Source: an uncultured bacterium (GTDB lineage Bacteria > Patescibacteriota > Minisyncoccia > UBA6257 > 2-01-FULL-56-20). From it: DNA of 64,000 bases. The DNA lies in contig OY970126.1 in the NCBI GenBank assembly GCA_963705915.1, positions 168,306 to 232,305 of the forward strand. Reading direction: 5' to 3'. Numbering within the stretch: position 1 is the stretch's first letter; every line of letters begins with the position of its first letter. The notes under the pieces are model-generated. The model was not told the origin of the DNA, ran no database searches, and saw only the letters and a program-made list of their open reading frames with translations. Both the position numbers and the translations under genes were made by a program. This document shows positions 58,727 to 64,000 of this stretch, piece by piece.

Positions 58727-59164
58727 GTGAAACTAAAAGCGCTCGCGTTTATCTTCCTCCTCGGACTATTTGCAACGGCGCCTGTGTACGCCTATTCAAC
58801 CGACCAGTATGGCAGCGGTTCGGTGCCACTGCCATACACCGGGACGTCGTCCTTCAATTTTGACTTTAGCAGTTCGTTCCAAAACCTTTTGACGCCCTTT
58901 GCGGCCTTTTTTAATAATCTTTCAAACTCCATAGGTAACCAGCCGGTAGTTGGCCCGGCAAACACTGGCCAGCCATCAATGCCGACGTTAAACCTCCAAA
59001 ATATCAATTTCCAAAATGGCCCGCAGGAACTCGACCAATGGTTTTCAAGTATTACGCATTTAAATTTTTCAGAGATCATGACGGCGCTATTAACCGGCAT
59101 CCTGTGGGTACTTGGTCTTACGCAACAATTTATTCAATGGTTATTGGGGTTCGTACGGAAGTAG
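58727..59164 (+). CDS. Hypothetical secreted protein
   Basis: Signal peptide; hydrophobic or amphipathic C-terminus. Confidence 0.65.
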   Translation: MKLKALAFIFLLGLFATAPVYAYSTDQYGSGSVPLPYTGTSSFNFDFSSSFQNLLTPFAAFFNNLSNSIGNQPVVGPANTGQPSMPTLNLQNINFQNGPQELDQWFSSITHLNFSEIMTALLTGILWVLGLTQQFIQWLLGFVRK

Positions 59165-59336
59165 ACCTGTAAGCCTTGTAAAGCTCATTATCTGGCGTAA
59201 AATATATCTTGTGCGACAGATATAGTTTTGTGAAAGGCTCTATTCCCTTCAGCAATGTGGCAACCATCTATTAAAAGATTTTAAAAAATAAAAATCCCGC
59301 AGAGATAAAAACCTCTGCGGGTCAAACTGGTTGAAC

Positions 59337-60437
59337 TTAATCAGCTTCGATTTGCCACTCAAGCTTTTCGCCAAACCTGAACGGGACAATCGAGTCATCT
59401 AGTCCAGGCACCGGATACGCCTGCGGCACGATCCAGGTTTTTTTGACGAATGTTATCCGGTCTTCCCTCTTCTTGTAGCCATAGAACATTCGTCCATGGT
59501 CCGACATGAACGGCTCGAGAAGATCAAGACGTCCATGTTCCTCAAAAAAAGAAATGAGGAATGGAATTGCGACGGGCCGGTTAAAAACCCCGCATGCGTG
59601 TCGCGCCTGTTCTTTGGCGCCGTGGCGAAGGTGCGAAGCGTCGTCTGTGCCGCAGACAAAGCGTGAGTCGCCCGAAAGGACGGCTTCCTGAAGCACTTCG
59701 CGATCCCGCTTCCATTTTGCTTGCGGCTTGCAGCCTTCATGGATGCACATCAGGCCTCGACTTCGTTCGCTGTAACCGAGGACGTCATCTATGGTTAGGA
59801 ACAAGTGATGAGGCGTGATCGTTGCGATAACGCGCCCGTCATTTTGTTCTCTAACCCACTCAATCATATCTTCGGAGCTTGCATGCTCCGCGGAAATCTT
59901 GAGTTTGGGAAAACGCGATCGGACTTCGTTCAAGGTCTTAATGAAAGCACCTTCTTTGAGGAGCCCCTCGACTTCGACGTCGGGCGATTCGGGGTGAAAC
60001 TGGACAACTGCTCCCCCTTTCTCGAGGACCTCCAGTGCTGGGTACAGCTTGGTGTAGTCCTTCACGCCGTACGCTGAATGCGAACCCGTCGTCACAGAGA
60101 AAGGATAGACCTTGAAAACGTTGATGTCCCGAAGGATGGCTTTAGTCACCATCTCTTCAGTCGTTGCTTCCGTGAGTTGCATGATAGGCACGAAGTCCAG
60201 CTTCTCCCCGCCCGACAAATTCTCAGCAACTTCCATAACCTCTCCAAGGTACGACACCACCTCATCCGCGGTGAGTCTCGGCGGGTTCGTATTCGGTTCA
60301 AGCGCGACACGTCCTCGCCAGCCGGTATCGATAAGCATTTCGACGAGAAATGGCATAAGGGGTTTTTGTCGCAAATGGGCATGCCAGTCGTCTGGTACGC
60401 GTATCGTAATCCGTTCAGATGTCATATGCACAGGCAT
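59337..60437 (-). CDS. pyrC: Dihydroorotase (start 60437 or 60425)
   Basis: DDWHAHLRQ, KVYP, EH, TPHHL, GTD. Confidence 0.85.
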   Translation of the reverse strand: MPVHMTSERITIRVPDDWHAHLRQKPLMPFLVEMLIDTGWRGRVALEPNTNPPRLTADEVVSYLGEVMEVAENLSGGEKLDFVPIMQLTEATTEEMVTKAILRDINVFKVYPFSVTTGSHSAYGVKDYTKLYPALEVLEKGGAVVQFHPESPDVEVEGLLKEGAFIKTLNEVRSRFPKLKISAEHASSEDMIEWVREQNDGRVIATITPHHLFLTIDDVLGYSERSRGLMCIHEGCKPQAKWKRDREVLQEAVLSGDSRFVCGTDDASHLRHGAKEQARHACGVFNRPVAIPFLISFFEEHGRLDLLEPFMSDHGRMFYGYKKREDRITFVKKTWIVPQAYPVPGLDDSIVPFRFGEKLEWQIEAD

Positions 60438-61336
60438 CTCTCCTTTTGATGCTGGTTTTGTGTCTCGAGATAGTTGCACACGTATTGGGTCGGCAATACC
60501 GGCCCGAACGGCACCTTGAGATGGATCGCGCCGAAGGATATTGCGTCGGCGTGAAGGGTGTCGAGCAGGTATAGAACATCGGGATAGTCCCAGACACTTG
60601 GTCCGATGACCGGCATTCTGGGCACACGCTGCTTGAGCAGCTTAACTGCATTCCAGTTGTGGTGCTGGGCTGCTTTTCCTGAAACGCCCCCGCCTCCCGG
60701 ACCTGGAAGGCCGGCAAGAGGACTTGGTTTGTCCGCGCACGCTATATCCCACGGAACACTATTTAGCGATATGGCCTCGACAACGTCCAACGTTTCTTCT
60801 GCGATGGCGAGGTAATTCTGTTTGACGGAAAGTTTTAGGATGAGCGGATGATCGGTCACGCATTTGATATTTTTGACCGTCCGCACGATCGCATCAACTT
60901 CATCTGATGCGTGGTCGGTATTTGGGCACGAGACATTTAGTTCGTACGCCGCGACTTTGAGATGATTTGACTTGAGCACCATGGTCAGAAGTTCGGCCTG
61001 TGATCCAAAGAGTGACGGCACAAAGTTCATCTTGTCGAAGTTGATGCGGGGTACAATCTTTTTCATCCACACATCAAAGCCGGGATTTGTGAGGCCGACC
61101 TTGTTTACAACCCCGTCTTTGATCCAACGAACACAGCCCCACGGTTTTGACCAGTGGAGGTTCCCCTTCAGCGGGTTGAAGGTGATGCTCTTTCCAACGA
61201 TAGTGAAAAGGGTTGGGTCAATGAGGCCAAGCCATATGAATGGCCGATCCCATAGCCATCCCCGCCCATCGAATCCGAGTGCGCCACTTGCGACGACAAA
61301 TTCCAGTTTGTGGCCGTTTGAAAGCGTTATTGGCAT
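60422..61336 (-). CDS. pyrD: Dihydroorotate dehydrogenase (family 1-like)
   Basis: ASG, KSIT, N.VGL.NPG, LNVSCPN, LKLS, GGVSG. Confidence 0.85.
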   Translation of the reverse strand: MPITLSNGHKLEFVVASGALGFDGRGWLWDRPFIWLGLIDPTLFTIVGKSITFNPLKGNLHWSKPWGCVRWIKDGVVNKVGLTNPGFDVWMKKIVPRINFDKMNFVPSLFGSQAELLTMVLKSNHLKVAAYELNVSCPNTDHASDEVDAIVRTVKNIKCVTDHPLILKLSVKQNYLAIAEETLDVVEAISLNSVPWDIACADKPSPLAGLPGPGGGGVSGKAAQHHNWNAVKLLKQRVPRMPVIGPSVWDYPDVLYLLDTLHADAISFGAIHLKVPFGPVLPTQYVCNYLETQNQHQKERCLCI

Positions 61337-61441
61337 AACGACAAGCTCCTTTTCTTCTTTATTTACCTTTTAATGCTGTCTGTCCCCGATGGTAACGAAA
61401 AACATTGCACGGGTCAACAATCTCGCGTATCATCTTTCGGC

Positions 61442-62134
61442 ATGGCTAAACGCATAGGACTCATCGCTCTCGTCATCGTCGCGTTCGGCGTTTTTGATTA
61501 TTTTTGTGCGCAGCTGTCAAACTCTTTTGCTGCAACCACGAATGGACCCAGTCCTTCAGTTAGTGCCTCATCACCAAGTCTCTTTGATCTGCCAATCGGT
61601 CCAGGTTCGGGCGTTGGCGGTTTGTCGGCAGGCATATCGAATGGTTTGTCGCAAGTGGATTTCAGTTTATTTTCCCAAAATGGCAAAGGATGGAGTTATA
61701 TAACCCAGGGCTATGGCAAAACCCCCTACTCTTCTTGGTACGTAAACGGTTGGCATAACGGCGTGGATATCGGCGCAAATTACGGCGCACCAATTTATTC
61801 ACCTCGCGCGGGTACGGTGATCGCAACTGGCAATCAAGACAACTATTGTCCCGGTCGCGGATTCGGAAAGTTTGTCGCCGTGAGCGATCCGCAGGACAAC
61901 GTATTTTTGTGGTACGCCCACCTCGGCACTATAGACGTGAAGCCCGGAGAGGCTGTTTCACAAGGAACGGAACTTGCGACCATTGGCGATACCGGTTTGG
62001 AGACCGGACCGCATCTTCATTTTTCTGTATTTGAAGCGGCGGGTTTTTCGATCGAAGATAAAAATGGATGCGGACCGGATGCGAATGGCCACGACGTGAA
62101 TCCGATTCCCTATCTAGAAAAGTTTGGACAATAA
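61442..62134 (+). CDS. M23 family peptidase
   Basis: HNGVD, YAHL, TGPHLHF; N-terminal TM. Confidence 0.9.
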   Translation: MAKRIGLIALVIVAFGVFDYFCAQLSNSFAATTNGPSPSVSASSPSLFDLPIGPGSGVGGLSAGISNGLSQVDFSLFSQNGKGWSYITQGYGKTPYSSWYVNGWHNGVDIGANYGAPIYSPRAGTVIATGNQDNYCPGRGFGKFVAVSDPQDNVFLWYAHLGTIDVKPGEAVSQGTELATIGDTGLETGPHLHFSVFEAAGFSIEDKNGCGPDANGHDVNPIPYLEKFGQ

Positions 62135-62154
62135 TTTAGCGTTATAATGAAGCT

Positions 62155-63570
62155 ATGAAAACTTCACGTCGCACAACGCACGCAGTGCATTTTGTTGGTA
62201 TCGGTGGCATCGGCATGAGCGCTCTCGCCCGTTACTTTTTGGCCCTTGGGAAGAAATCCAAGCAGGACCCAAAATGGCTTATTTCAGGATCGGACGCCGT
62301 CCAAAGCTCTATCACGAAAGAACTCACAAAAGAAGGCGTAGAGGTCAAAATTGGGCATAAAAAGGCCTATGTGAGCCCTGAAACGGGCCTCGTAATCTAT
62401 AATCGGGCAATTCCAAGGGATAACCCTGAGCTCCTTGAGGCCAAACGACTAAAGATTCCCATTGTCCCCTACGCTCGCGTCCTTGGAGAAATAACAAAAG
62501 GTCACATGTCGATTGCCATTACGGGATCCCACGGGAAGACCACGACGACTGGGCTCACGAGTTCACTGCTCATAAAAAATGATTTTGACCCAACAGTGTT
62601 TGTTGGATCGAAGCTCAAGGATCTTCATGGGCGGAATTTTCGTATTGGTAAAAGTCGCTACCTTGTGCTCGAAGCCGACGATTTCGGCGCAGCGTTTTTA
62701 GAGTATTCACCAAAAATCGCTATCGTAACGAACATCGATCACGAGCATCTGGATTTTTATAAGACGTTCAGCAACCTCAAGCATGCGTTTCTGAATTTTT
62801 TGATGAATCTTCAAGGCGGCGGCTTCATGATTCTCAACCGCGATGATAAAAATCTTTTCTCACTCCAGAAAAAGATCGCAGCCGTTGCCAAGAAGAAGCA
62901 TGCAAAGGTTGTTTGGTATTCGCTACGTGACCCAAAGCGGGCCGACGCCGTTCGGGATATTAAAAAAGTATTAAAAATAGTTGGCAGCCATAACATGTCG
63001 AATGCCCTCGCCGTCTATGAACTCGGGGTGTTATTAAAAATCCCTAAACAAAACATCCTTCGGGGGCTCGCTTCATATCATGGCGCATGGCGTCGGATGG
63101 AATATCGCGGCATGGTTATGCCGAAAGGGCGCGACGAAAGCAAGGGGGCTCTTATCTTCGACGACTACGCCCATCACCCGACAGAAATAAGAGCAACGCT
63201 CCAGGCATTTCGCGAACGATTTCCAAGATCTCTTCTTGTTTGTGTATTCCAGCCCCATCAGGCTAAGCGACTCCAAGCGCTCTTCCGGGAATTTCAAGAC
63301 GCCTTTACGCAAGCCGACAAGCTCGTATTGCTGCCAATCTATAAGGTGGCGGGTCGAGATGAAACTTCCCGATTTGATGCAAAAAGACTCGCTCACGCCA
63401 TCAAGCAAAGATATAAGAAGCAAGACGTCCGTTATATTCCCAACCCTCGAAACCTTATGTCGATTGTAAAAAATGTGGCCGCCTACCGCTCCCCCGCCCG
63501 ACCTGTCATTGTCATGATGGGCGCTGGCGACGTTGTGGCCATGACAGACAAGATCGTAACGTCGAAATAA
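62155..63570 (+). CDS. murC: UDP-MurNAc--L-alanine ligase
   Basis: HFVGIGGIGMSALA, GSHGKTTT, DDYAHHPTE, FQPH, MGAG. Confidence 0.95.
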   Translation: MKTSRRTTHAVHFVGIGGIGMSALARYFLALGKKSKQDPKWLISGSDAVQSSITKELTKEGVEVKIGHKKAYVSPETGLVIYNRAIPRDNPELLEAKRLKIPIVPYARVLGEITKGHMSIAITGSHGKTTTTGLTSSLLIKNDFDPTVFVGSKLKDLHGRNFRIGKSRYLVLEADDFGAAFLEYSPKIAIVTNIDHEHLDFYKTFSNLKHAFLNFLMNLQGGGFMILNRDDKNLFSLQKKIAAVAKKKHAKVVWYSLRDPKRADAVRDIKKVLKIVGSHNMSNALAVYELGVLLKIPKQNILRGLASYHGAWRRMEYRGMVMPKGRDESKGALIFDDYAHHPTEIRATLQAFRERFPRSLLVCVFQPHQAKRLQALFREFQDAFTQADKLVLLPIYKVAGRDETSRFDAKRLAHAIKQRYKKQDVRYIPNPRNLMSIVKNVAAYRSPARPVIVMMGAGDVVAMTDKIVTSK

Positions 63571-63658
63571 TTTTTTCGTAAGCGACATGGTAACAACCAT
63601 TGATAGAATTCGTTTCTATGTTATAGAACATTCCTGATCCGAGCTCGGAGGTTTTCAG

Positions 63659-64000
63659 ATGGCACCTGTAGTGACAGCAAAAATCCTCAGATACTCATCC
63701 CATGAAGTAATCCGCAAGACGTACGACACGTGGGATGGCCGCCAACACAAAGTAGTTTCCGAAGTCACCCTTGAGGTCCTCGTTCCAATTCTGAACACGC
63801 TGCGTTTCAGCTATAAGAAGCTTACTGCTTACTGCGTCCGGCATATCAAGTCGCGCTCAAAGCGGGCACAATTCGTCACCCTCGTCGGTTCGCTCTCGCC
63901 TGGCCGGGAAGTCGACGACTTTGTGGCAATATGCCAGCTCGAAACTGGGTCGGGAGAAATGATCCAAGTCGACATGGCGTCAGTCACAAGCATACGGCCT
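63659..64000 (+). CDS. Hypothetical protein, truncated by the window end
   Basis: GGAGGT 6 nt before ATG; frame open to the end (MAPVVTAKILRY...). Confidence 0.55.
   Translation, partial: MAPVVTAKILRYSSHEVIRKTYDTWDGRQHKVVSEVTLEVLVPILNTLRFSYKKLTAYCVRHIKSRSKRAQFVTLVGSLSPGREVDDFVAICQLETGSGEMIQVDMASVTSIRP

Noticed and set aside
1-64000. Alternative genetic code (UGA read as Gly)
   Set aside because: Conserved genes such as rsmH, murF, trmD and murG end at TGA with normal lengths and have no internal TGA.

Overview
Chromosomal segment of a Patescibacteria (CPR, Parcubacteria-like) bacterium. The assignment is inferred from the divergent unlinked 16S rRNA, short AspRS, N-terminally truncated RF1, sigma70-R4/HARE-HTH protein and paired VirD4-like ATPases. 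TGA is used as a stop codon. Core genes: mraZ-rsmH-ftsL-PBP-murF, ftsW-murG, murC, pgk, aspS, ndk, prfA, rpmE, rplS, secDF, trmD, comEC, gltX, rnpB, 16S rRNA, tRNA-Glu and tRNA-Leu. Accessory parts: a 1.9-kb IS1595-family element carrying a tRNA-Asp, a putative structured RNA and two membrane ORFs; a 2462-aa Gly-rich/FN3 surface protein operon with a MacB-like ABC system; an mgtA/PHP/mgtC block; pyrD-pyrC; and many ORFans. The most striking pattern is two translation-initiation regimes. The 16S rRNA has no anti-Shine-Dalgarno tail and many core genes look leaderless, yet about 11 ORFan/accessory genes (including pyrD) have well-spaced AGGAG/GGAGGT motifs, and many have their own promoter or terminator. 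Other candidates for novelty are a tandem covarying RNA motif in an ORFan leader and integrase-free single-gene cassettes stacked at tRNA-Leu between att-like repeats. All calls were made by eye, without database searches.
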